A DNA stretch of 45,165 nt from an uncultured archaeon (GTDB lineage Archaea > Asgardarchaeota > Thorarchaeia > Thorarchaeales > Thorarchaeaceae): NCBI GenBank assembly GCA_964564335.1, contig CAZMBV010000001.1, positions 1 through 45,165 on the forward strand. Direction: 5' to 3'. The position numbers and the translations under genes were made by a program. Shown one piece after another: positions 1 through 7,971 of the stretch. Numbering within the stretch: the stretch's first letter is position 1; the number at the start of each line of letters is the position of its first letter. The notes under the pieces were generated by a model. It worked only from the letters and a program-made list of their open reading frames with translations, did no database searches and had not been told where the DNA came from.

Positions 1-60
1 TGTGGAGCAAAAACAGAACAAGGTATTGGCAAGTGTCAGAATTGTCAAGCAGACCTGTAA
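1..60 (+). CDS. 3' end of a CDS entering from upstream (zinc-ribbon-like C-terminus)
   Basis: Frame 1 reads CGAKTEQGIGKCQNCQADL followed by TAA at 58-60. The Cys spacing resembles half a zinc ribbon. Only 19 codons are visible. Confidence 0.3.
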   Translation, partial: CGAKTEQGIGKCQNCQADL

Positions 61-79
61 TTTCATTTGGAAGAACATA

Positions 80-98
80 GTAGGGGTTACTCCCCTAC
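80..98 (+). terminator. Stem-loop after the truncated upstream CDS (candidate terminator)
   Basis: Perfect 7-bp stem gtagggg (80-86) / cccctac (92-98) with a 5-nt loop, followed by a T-rich tract (ctttcttcatttcatatcttttt). Archaeal termination mainly needs oligo-T, so the role of the hairpin is uncertain. Confidence 0.3.
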
Positions 99-186
99 AC
101 TTTCTTCATTTCATATCTTTTTCATTCCAGAACCATCACAAACATAAGGGTAAGTAGTAGTCATATTATCTCACGAGGAGAATGTA

Positions 187-1089
187 ATGGCAGAACCCAA
201 GGAGGACGTCCTTCCAGTTATCCATCTTCGCATTCGTATCTCAAAGCCTCTCGAAGAGGTCTGGAGTGATTTCCTTGACCCGATAATGATGCTTCTATGG
301 CTTGGTAATGAGATTTCAGCAGACGTACGTGTAGGTGGGTCAATCAGATTCCTTGGACCTAATGCGCCTACAACTCCTGAGATAGCTAATTACTGGGAGA
401 TTAAAGAAGTCAAGGATAAGAAAGTGCTTCTCCTCAGCTGGCGTATTATGGGCGTTGATACACTTCTTGTTATTCGTTTCAATCCTATTGGACCTGGTAC
501 AATGATTCAGGTCAATCATGGAGCCGTACCCGTATCAGCCAGAAAATATCATCTTCCAGAACATTGGAATCTATTGCTTGCTAACTTCAAATCTGCTGTG
601 GAATTAGGAGGTCCTGCTTTACGTTTTGATTACTCTGAATATCATCCACTTCGTGTCACTCGCTATGATCCGAAAGATGTCCGTTTAAGTGTAGTTTGTA
701 AAACTCCACCTCAGCTACCTTTTGATGTTTGGACAAATCCTGAAAAGCTTAAGCACTTCATTCGAGCAGATGATCCTGTTGTTGACAGACAGTATGCCGG
801 TATCTACACCTGGTGGGCTGAAGGGAAAGGACCTGTTGTCTTCAAGAAAATGATTCAGGATAAAGAACTAGAATTCTCTTGGGTCCATGGTGATGAACCC
901 GAGACCTTAGTCGATGTTAGATTTGAAGAAGTGAATGAACACACCTTGGTCACCTTACACCATAGCGGATTTGCAAATCCTGAAGCCGCAGTTGGGTATG
1001 ATATAGGGTGGTCTGGTATGCTTGCAGAACTAAAATTGGTCTGTGAGTTAGGTGAATCAGGAATCGAGCGCATCAGTGATTGGGGTTAA
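187..1089 (+). CDS. Tandem SRPBCC (START/Aha1-like) domain protein
   Basis: 300-aa ORF with gaggag 8 nt upstream of the ATG. It has two ~140-aa halves that each open like Aha1-type SRPBCC domains (VIHLRIRISKPLEEVWSDFLDP and SVVCKTPPQLPFDVWTNPEKLKHF). Confidence 0.65.
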   Translation: MAEPKEDVLPVIHLRIRISKPLEEVWSDFLDPIMMLLWLGNEISADVRVGGSIRFLGPNAPTTPEIANYWEIKEVKDKKVLLLSWRIMGVDTLLVIRFNPIGPGTMIQVNHGAVPVSARKYHLPEHWNLLLANFKSAVELGGPALRFDYSEYHPLRVTRYDPKDVRLSVVCKTPPQLPFDVWTNPEKLKHFIRADDPVVDRQYAGIYTWWAEGKGPVVFKKMIQDKELEFSWVHGDEPETLVDVRFEEVNEHTLVTLHHSGFANPEAAVGYDIGWSGMLAELKLVCELGESGIERISDWG

Positions 1090-1095
1090 ACTCAC

Positions 1096-1836
1096 TCAAA
1101 ATACGAATAATGGAATTCCCGGAAATATTAAGAGCCACATAGCTAATGCAGTAACCATTGGAATGAAGAAATTATCAGTCCACCTTACACTCAAGAATTC
1201 GGCAATGGTTGCACATAATGCTACAATCAATATTTGTGGTAGGAAGCATAACCTACAGGTGTCAGGTGAATAGATTATCAACGATGTTATGACTGCTAGA
1301 GTTGTGAATACGAACACACCAATACTTCCCTCGATTGATTTGTCTCTATACCATTTATTGATTAACTTTCCTCCATAAGGACGACCAAAAACTTCACCTG
1401 CGGCATCTCCCCATGCAACTGCAAGTATTGCCGCCACAAAGATTTCAGGTCTAGAAAAGAAAACAAGGAATACAAATCCGAATGATAGCATTGCCATAAA
1501 ACCAGCCATGAATGTATTCTGACTTGATTCACCATCACGACTACCTGCAACTAGCAATTCTCCGATTAGCTCACTCTTATGTGCCCATGAATAAATAAGA
1601 ATGAAGAAGAAAATACCCGCAGCAAATGCAGGACCACTTAGATTAGTATATGCAACTAAGGTCAGACCAACGACAGTTCCCATTGAAATGTGGACAAGCT
1701 TTCTAGGTTTCCATTTTGGCATACCTGACACTGACAGATAGTATGCAGCTGTTAGAACCACTGATACGATGAAACCTGTTGTTATTGCCATAATAACATC
1801 AGTAGGAGCTAGGTCCCCAAATACTAGATCTACCAT
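1096..1836 (-). CDS. Polyprenol (dolichol/phytol) kinase / CTP-transferase family membrane protein
   Basis: Multi-TM ORF. AWGDAAGEVFGRPYGG ... DKSIEGSIGVF matches the GD-x2-A-x3-G ... K-S-x-EGS pattern of the dolichol/phytol kinase family. The track start at 1845 is TTG; I prefer the in-frame ATG at 1836 (MVDLVFG). Confidence 0.6.
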   Translation of the reverse strand: MVDLVFGDLAPTDVIMAITTGFIVSVVLTAAYYLSVSGMPKWKPRKLVHISMGTVVGLTLVAYTNLSGPAFAAGIFFFILIYSWAHKSELIGELLVAGSRDGESSQNTFMAGFMAMLSFGFVFLVFFSRPEIFVAAILAVAWGDAAGEVFGRPYGGKLINKWYRDKSIEGSIGVFVFTTLAVITSLIIYSPDTCRLCFLPQILIVALCATIAEFLSVRWTDNFFIPMVTALAMWLLIFPGIPLFVF

Positions 1837-1906
1837 CTTTGACAACTCTAGATGGGGAACTTTAGCTATTTCATTATTACTGTACTATCCTGATTGTACC
1901 ACATTA

Positions 1907-2863
1907 CTATCCTATAAGGTATCTTGGGTGGGGTTTCTCTGGACGTTTTCTTTCTTCAATGTACATTCCTGACAACGCAACATCTATCATTGCAACTGAA
2001 GGATAAATTATTGGTGCGTGTCTTGCAGGACCAGTTAGTATAAAATCCGCACCGAGAGATACTGACATCAGATTTGTTCCAACTAGTGCTGGTCGCTTTG
2101 CTTGTTTCCCAAACTTTGCTTCAAGTCCTTTCCATGTACTATATGCATTGTGCGCTCCATTGCCTACAGGATATCCATACTTGCTCTTGAGAATGTCCTG
2201 AGTCTTACATGCAATACCAAGCGAGGGTATGTCCAAGACACCAGTATCAATCATTATCTGTTTAATTCCAATCTTCGTTGCTTTCTTGATCAATTCGCCT
2301 GCGGCTTTAGCACGTTTTATTGCAGACACCATTGATGCTGCATTGAATGTAAGAAGTATGACATTGTTGAGGGTTGATTCCTGAATTATTTCATAGAAAT
2401 CGTCCTTGGTGTCTGGAGTCAATGAGTTTAGAATTACTCTATCCATAAATCCTGCATCTTTTGCATATTTTAATCCTGCAGAATTTACTTCAGGTGAATC
2501 TGAACCATCGATAACGAGTGGAAATTTAGTAGCATCAACAAGAAATTCAAGATACCTGATCATTGCATCAGGAGCTGATGCGACAACATCCAACATTGTT
2601 GGATTCCCTGTTTTCTCAGACAATTCAGCAAGCATTGTTAGTATACCCTCTGTTGCTGCCTTGTCAAACTCTCCTTTTTTCGCATCTAAAACCAGTTTAT
2701 CCTTTAAGTGAAAAATGGAATTGATGAGAACTGTAGGATTCAGACCAGGTAATCCACCTATTTTAACACCACCAATCTCGTATGTTTTTTGTGTGGCAAT
2801 ATAATCGAACACTGGAACTTCCTCAGATTCTTGATTTGTACGTCCTGTATTTAAGACCTGCAT
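1907..2863 (-). CDS. mtrH: MtrH-like methyltransferase (tetrahydromethanopterin S-methyltransferase subunit H family)
   Basis: 318 aa with an ATG start. GGVKIGGLPGLNPTVLINSIF, DAKKGEFDKAA, YPVGNGAHNAYSTW and GADFILTGP...YPSVAMIDV align by eye along the whole length with the conserved blocks of methanogen MtrH. Confidence 0.8.
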   Translation of the reverse strand: MQVLNTGRTNQESEEVPVFDYIATQKTYEIGGVKIGGLPGLNPTVLINSIFHLKDKLVLDAKKGEFDKAATEGILTMLAELSEKTGNPTMLDVVASAPDAMIRYLEFLVDATKFPLVIDGSDSPEVNSAGLKYAKDAGFMDRVILNSLTPDTKDDFYEIIQESTLNNVILLTFNAASMVSAIKRAKAAGELIKKATKIGIKQIMIDTGVLDIPSLGIACKTQDILKSKYGYPVGNGAHNAYSTWKGLEAKFGKQAKRPALVGTNLMSVSLGADFILTGPARHAPIIYPSVAMIDVALSGMYIEERKRPEKPHPRYLIG

Positions 2864-2884
2864 TATGATAGTTCAAAAATGAGA

Positions 2885-3727
2885 TTATTTTTGGCATCGT
2901 GGACAAAAGTAGACATGCCCACCACCGTGTGCAATCTTTTCTATCAAAGATCCACATGCAGGGCAATCTTTGTCTTTCATATTCGGACCCATAACTGGAG
3001 TATGTCTGCCTGGTTCACCGTACAGATTTAACCAGTTATCTTTCCCACCAGAACAAATCCGAGCATTCAGTATCTCTTTCATGGCATCATAGACATTCCG
3101 TTTTTCATCGGAAGTGAAAGATGAAGTATTCCTTTTTGGATGGATTCCTGCTTTGTAAATGATCTCCTGAAATGCAGCATTACTCAATCCTACGACAATT
3201 GCAGTTTTCCCCACGATAGCTGCTTTCACATTTTGCCCCTTTGCATCAAGCAACTCTGAGAAATGGTCAAAAGTGAATTCCTGTTCTCCTACTGGTGAGG
3301 GGGTCTCTGAGAAATCCCGTTTGACAACATAAAGGTCTGCAAATTCCGTATCAGTCGCTGAGTAAATAAGACCCATACCTGTCTGTCTTACTGTTAGATA
3401 GGTTCCATCTGAGAATTCTACTTTGAAATGATACTTTTTCGGAAGTGATTCGTCACTTTCATGATACAATATGCTTGCTCCATAATCTGGACACATCACA
3501 ATATTCATTTTCTTACTCATCTGAATGCGAATTGTATTGCCTCTTTGGGAAATTGATTTCACTTTGCATCCTAATAATCGATCATAATCTTTGAGATCTT
3601 TATTCATGAAACCAATTTTCTGAAGTCTCTGTGAGTCCTGAATATCATACTGCTTGATGTTCTTCTCCAGGATTGATATGGTCAATTGTTCAGCGAGAAC
3701 TAGTGCCTCTGGTAGCTCTACACTCAT
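2885..3727 (-). CDS. Fpg/Nei-family DNA glycosylase-like protein (non-canonical N-terminus)
   Basis: H2TH-like IVGLSNAAFQEIIYKAGIHPKR and a C-terminal zinc finger CPACGSLIEKIAHGGGHVYFCPRCQK. The N-terminus is MSVELPEA rather than the canonical MPELPEV. Confidence 0.7.
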   Translation of the reverse strand: MSVELPEALVLAEQLTISILEKNIKQYDIQDSQRLQKIGFMNKDLKDYDRLLGCKVKSISQRGNTIRIQMSKKMNIVMCPDYGASILYHESDESLPKKYHFKVEFSDGTYLTVRQTGMGLIYSATDTEFADLYVVKRDFSETPSPVGEQEFTFDHFSELLDAKGQNVKAAIVGKTAIVVGLSNAAFQEIIYKAGIHPKRNTSSFTSDEKRNVYDAMKEILNARICSGGKDNWLNLYGEPGRHTPVMGPNMKDKDCPACGSLIEKIAHGGGHVYFCPRCQK

Positions 3728-3804
3728 TCCATTCCACTCCTCATGGATTGTATCGAATTACAATTAATTTTGATTATGCGCAATTCTTGATGAGGTTACC
3801 GAAT

Positions 3805-4545
3805 TTACTTTTTCTTATGAAACATGAATGGGATGATGCTGCCAGAAATATAACTACCCGCCTCTGAACAGAGGAAAGCAATACACTCAGCGATGTCTTG
3901 TGGGCTTACATCTTTCCTATCAAACCATTCCTCTTTGTGGTTACAAAACGCTGTAGCTTGTGAAAAGCTCTCAAAATGTGAAACGGGACCTGGTGCTATT
4001 GCATTTATGGTAACACCTTGTTGCCAAGCTTCTTCATAGGCAAGATGCATTGCTTGCAATCTTGCTGCTTTTCCGACATTGTACGAGTATGCGGGGGAGC
4101 TCTGGACCGGGTGCAATGTTATGCCAACAAGACGCCCCCACTTTCTCTCATACATCCCCGGAAGTAATAGTCGCATAAGATGGAAAAACGGGGCGATTTC
4201 CTGAATAAGGTCTTCCAATGCTAGGACTGGATCAAATACATCTAATGGTTCAGGATGCCATCCTGCGCCTGGATTGATGATGCAAATATCAACTTTCTCA
4301 AATTTCTTGAACGCTGCATCAATAAGCTTCTCACATCCATCTTTAACAAAGACATTTGCTTGGACTGATATTGCACTCCCGCCATTCTCTTCGATATGCT
4401 GTACAACTTCATTTGCTCTGTCTCTGCTATTCAGATAATTAACGACAATACTTGCACCTTCACGAGCAAGAGTAAGTGCAATGCTTCTACCCATGCCGTG
4501 ACCTGCTGCTCCGGTCACCACAGCTACTCTGTTATTACAACTCAT
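3805..4545 (-). CDS. Short-chain dehydrogenase/reductase (SDR) family oxidoreductase
   Basis: VAVVTGAAGHGMGRSIA Rossmann motif, and YSYNVGKAA resembles the Y-x3-K catalytic motif. The track start at 4551 is TTG; the ATG at 4545 has caggag 8-10 nt upstream. Confidence 0.8.
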   Translation of the reverse strand: MSCNNRVAVVTGAAGHGMGRSIALTLAREGASIVVNYLNSRDRANEVVQHIEENGGSAISVQANVFVKDGCEKLIDAAFKKFEKVDICIINPGAGWHPEPLDVFDPVLALEDLIQEIAPFFHLMRLLLPGMYERKWGRLVGITLHPVQSSPAYSYNVGKAARLQAMHLAYEEAWQQGVTINAIAPGPVSHFESFSQATAFCNHKEEWFDRKDVSPQDIAECIAFLCSEAGSYISGSIIPFMFHKKK

Positions 4546-4564
4546 TTTCAAAACTCCTGTTTCA

Positions 4565-5377
4565 TCAGTCTAAATCGAAACCATGTCTGCGTAGAATCTC
4601 GATAAGTGGGTTTCCTATCCTGAAGGCACTTCTGAATTTTCGTGAGATATGCTCGGACCATGAATACTTATCAAAGCCTATCGTATCCTCTTTATCTTCT
4701 AATGGTACCTTGGTCTTTGATTTGATATAGTATCCCTGAGAAATATAACCCTCATCCATCTTCTTCATACAAAGATCAATATCATCATCAGAATGGTGCC
4801 GATACTCATTTTCGAATGCAGCCATCTCGAGTGGGAATCTGGGACGTATTTCGGTATTCTCCTCAGGGTCTGGATATCCAATGCTCATTCCAACTACTGG
4901 GAATACACGTTTTGGGACATTGAAGGTTTTGGCAATCTCATCTGCTTTGAGAGGGGCAAGTCCGTAAAGAACAGAACCGAGACCTAGTGCTTCAGCAGCG
5001 ATTGTTAGATTCTCTACCATGAGAGAAACATCTTGCACACCTAACCAGATTGCCATCATATCATCATAACCATAGAGATGTCCTCTCTTGGTCATAATCT
5101 TCTCAAGTCGTACAAGATCGATAAAGTAGATGAGATGAACTTGAGCTGTAGGATATGTCCATAGACCAGCTTCCAGCATTTTGTCTCGATTTCGTGTATA
5201 GATGACCGAACAGAGTTGTGCTGCAAATGGAGCACTGAATCCAGTTTCAAGAATCTGAGTGAGTACCTCATCAGTTACAGGTTTATCTAAAAACTCGCGA
5301 ATTGATCTTCTATTCTTGATTACATCGAGGAATTGCATACCTGTCTTTTCACTTTGCATAGATATAATAGAATGCAA
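4565..5377 (-). CDS. Nitroreductase-family flavoprotein with C-terminal extension
   Basis: VIKNRRSIREFLDKPV is the classic nitroreductase N-terminal motif. About 90 extra C-terminal residues are unassigned. The start is uncertain: TTG at 5377, or ATG at 5359 or 5338. Confidence 0.7.
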   Translation of the reverse strand: MHSIISMQSEKTGMQFLDVIKNRRSIREFLDKPVTDEVLTQILETGFSAPFAAQLCSVIYTRNRDKMLEAGLWTYPTAQVHLIYFIDLVRLEKIMTKRGHLYGYDDMMAIWLGVQDVSLMVENLTIAAEALGLGSVLYGLAPLKADEIAKTFNVPKRVFPVVGMSIGYPDPEENTEIRPRFPLEMAAFENEYRHHSDDDIDLCMKKMDEGYISQGYYIKSKTKVPLEDKEDTIGFDKYSWSEHISRKFRSAFRIGNPLIEILRRHGFDLD

Positions 5378-5457
5378 TCCTCCTCATGAGGTTTGTGAAT
5401 TCAAAGAAAAATATTCCATTCTAAATCCGATTCTGAGGATGTTCAAAAGCCATCGTA

Positions 5458-6933
5458 CTAGGTGTCCAACTCGGATTCTAATGGTAGAATGACCCGGAAA
5501 TGCGCTCCCAGATTTTTCTCAGGTATGTATTCTATTGAACCACCAATCGCTTCAAGAATAAGTTTTGAGAGATAAAGACCCAAACCCCCTCCAGTTGTTG
5601 ATGCACCTCGTTCAAATAATTTACCTAAAACAATCGGACTTACTCCAGGTCCATCATCTATAAAGTCAACAATTGCTTTGTCATCATCTTTGTGTATTAT
5701 TAACTCAATCTTCCCCTCTTTTCCTACATGTTTAATTGTATTCGTAATGAGATTAGTAAAGACCATTGGCAATAAGCGACTACCTCGTATTATGAGTGAT
5801 TCTGCTTCATTCTTAGGAATAATCGTTATTGTTAACGCCGGTTCGGTTTTTGAAAATTGACCTGCATAGTATTGAAGAAGAAATACAATGCGTTGTTCAA
5901 TGTCATCTTCAGGTTTCTGCAATGACTTGATTAGTTCATTCATTCTCTCAGCGCTGGAAATTGCTGAGCGCAATGATAAAGACGCATTTTCCGGAAGGTC
6001 ACTGGTACAGAGCTGAATTAACTCTAGTTCGCTAAGAATCAATTGAAGGTCATTTGCCAGGTCGTGTCGCAGTAGAGAATTGTAGATTTCGATTTCTTTC
6101 TGATATTGGTTTCTGATTTCTTGTGCTTTCTCTTCACTAGTTCTATCAATTATTATTACTTCGATGGCATCCTCTCCTTCCCATTTCACGATTGCAGAAG
6201 ATGCTTCAACGGAGCGTAATGTTCCATTAGGTCGAATAATACGGAATTGCGCACGAGGATTCATAGGTATGTTAGATTCATAGTCTGAATATAGTTGAAA
6301 TAGTCGGTCACGATCCATTGGATGGATGCAATTCCAAATCTTTTCCTGAGAGAATTTCAGAATCTGGTCAATTAGATAACCAAAAATGTCCGAAGTTGAT
6401 TTATTTGCATATTTGATTCCATCTTCCATCATAATGATAATGCCCTGGGGCGATTCCTCGGCTAATACTCGAAATCTAATTTCACTCTCTTGCAAAGCAC
6501 GCTCAGCTTCATTCTTTTGTCTGAGTAAAGCTTGCCTTTCAAGGGTATTTGACACGGTTATCAATAGTTTATCTATATCAAGAGGTTTGGTGATATAAGC
6601 TACAACATTTTTGTTAATTGCCTTTATTGCAGATTCTACACTTGCATGACCGGTTACCATAATGACCATGAGTTCTGGTCGAATTGTTACTATATGATCG
6701 ACAACCTCAGAGCCGCTCATGTCAGGTAACTGAAGATCAAGTATAACCAAATCAAATTGAGTGCTCTCCAAGAGATTAATCGCTTCTTTCCCAGAATTAA
6801 CTATTTCTACATAAAGCCCTTTCTTGTGAAATATCTTCTTAAGGGTGCTACAAAAGTTAGGATTATCATCTACAACAAGAATATTGGTTTGCGGATTAAT
6901 ACCTGATGCTACGTCTTCAGATAATGCTTTCAA
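5458..6933 (-). CDS. Hybrid sensor kinase: N-terminal receiver - PAS - histidine kinase
   Basis: REC domain (ILVVDDNP ... DLVILDLQLPDMSG ... ITKPLD), a PAS region, H-box RHDLANDLQLI, and HATPase_c motifs (NLITNTIKH, DDGPGV, GGGLGLYLSK). The start codon is TTG. Confidence 0.85.
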   Translation of the reverse strand: MKALSEDVASGINPQTNILVVDDNPNFCSTLKKIFHKKGLYVEIVNSGKEAINLLESTQFDLVILDLQLPDMSGSEVVDHIVTIRPELMVIMVTGHASVESAIKAINKNVVAYITKPLDIDKLLITVSNTLERQALLRQKNEAERALQESEIRFRVLAEESPQGIIIMMEDGIKYANKSTSDIFGYLIDQILKFSQEKIWNCIHPMDRDRLFQLYSDYESNIPMNPRAQFRIIRPNGTLRSVEASSAIVKWEGEDAIEVIIIDRTSEEKAQEIRNQYQKEIEIYNSLLRHDLANDLQLILSELELIQLCTSDLPENASLSLRSAISSAERMNELIKSLQKPEDDIEQRIVFLLQYYAGQFSKTEPALTITIIPKNEAESLIIRGSRLLPMVFTNLITNTIKHVGKEGKIELIIHKDDDKAIVDFIDDGPGVSPIVLGKLFERGASTTGGGLGLYLSKLILEAIGGSIEYIPEKNLGAHFRVILPLESELDT

Positions 6934-6963
6934 TAGATTTCTGCTCCGTCAGGGTAATGATTT

Positions 6964-7731
6964 TCATTTTGATTTCTTCATTTTACTAGAAAGTATCTCA
7001 TCAACAACTGCGAATAACTTAACCATGTCTAGAGGTTTGGCTAGAAAGGAATATGCAGAACTTGATATTGCTTCATCTACGAGTCCTCTCATATCCTTTG
7101 GGTAACCAGTAATCATGACTGCTATTGTTTTGGGTTGAGCAGTTTTAATTGTCAAATAGGTTTCAAGACCATTAATCGTGGGTAATTTCATGTCAATAAA
7201 TAGAATGTCAAAAAAATGAGTTTTAGCTAGTTCGATTGCCTTCTCACCATTTTCAGCTGTCATAACTGTCAAACCACGTGTTTCAAGGATACGTTTGAAT
7301 GAGTCGCTCAAATTTGTATCATCGTCTACAATTAGTACCATTGCTCCTTTCGCATTTTTTCTCGCATCTTCAATGATTCCAATCAGACTGTCAAAACTAG
7401 AAAGATCAAGAGGCTTGTAGAGGACACCATACGCTCCATCACTGAGAGCATCTTGGATTAGGTCATCAACAGCATACGCAGTCATCATAATGATAACAGC
7501 TCCTGGGATAATTACTTTGAGTTTCTTATGCGTTTCTACTCCATTCATTATTGGCATCTTGATATCCATGAAAACTAGGTCAATGTCTTTGTTCTCTTCC
7601 GCTAAAAGTAGAGCCTCTTCTCCATCTGCAGCTGAAATTACTTCATGACCTTTGGTTTTCAAAATTTTTGTCATTGTTATTCTAAGGTTCTCATTGTCAT
7701 CAACAATCATTATTCGACCTTTTTTTGTCAT
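6964..7731 (-). CDS. Stand-alone response regulator with two tandem receiver domains, no output domain
   Basis: Two complete REC domains (IMIVDDNE ... VFMDIKMP ... MMTAY ... YKPLD, and LIVDDDT ... LFIDMKLP ... MITGY ... AKPLD). Confidence 0.85.
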   Translation of the reverse strand: MTKKGRIMIVDDNENLRITMTKILKTKGHEVISAADGEEALLLAEENKDIDLVFMDIKMPIMNGVETHKKLKVIIPGAVIIMMTAYAVDDLIQDALSDGAYGVLYKPLDLSSFDSLIGIIEDARKNAKGAMVLIVDDDTNLSDSFKRILETRGLTVMTAENGEKAIELAKTHFFDILFIDMKLPTINGLETYLTIKTAQPKTIAVMITGYPKDMRGLVDEAISSSAYSFLAKPLDMVKLFAVVDEILSSKMKKSK

Positions 7732-7950
7732 CTAGATCTTTCCCCGAAAATTTTGTATGTGTTCATAATCTGCTAATTCATCTGTAGAAATCGCAGTGTA
7801 TTCAATATCTCTTAATCTCCTCTCCAGCTGTTGATTCTTAAAATATGGAATTGTATAACCTACCTGAACGAATAGATTTTCAATCAATATAAGTGAATAA
7901 CGCATGAAGATTCTAGGTCTCCAATCCCTTCCGAATTTTTTAATTGCCAA
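7732..7950 (-). CDS. Small hypothetical ORF filling the kinase-to-regulator gap
   Basis: 72 codons with a TTG start. Its TAG stop abuts the ATG of the tandem-REC gene (TAGATG at 7729-7734). It has no recognisable motif and could instead be a promoter-bearing spacer. Confidence 0.25.
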   Translation of the reverse strand: MAIKKFGRDWRPRIFMRYSLILIENLFVQVGYTIPYFKNQQLERRLRDIEYTAISTDELADYEHIQNFRGKI

Positions 7951-7971
7951 TCTTATCAGTCTCCATCACAT

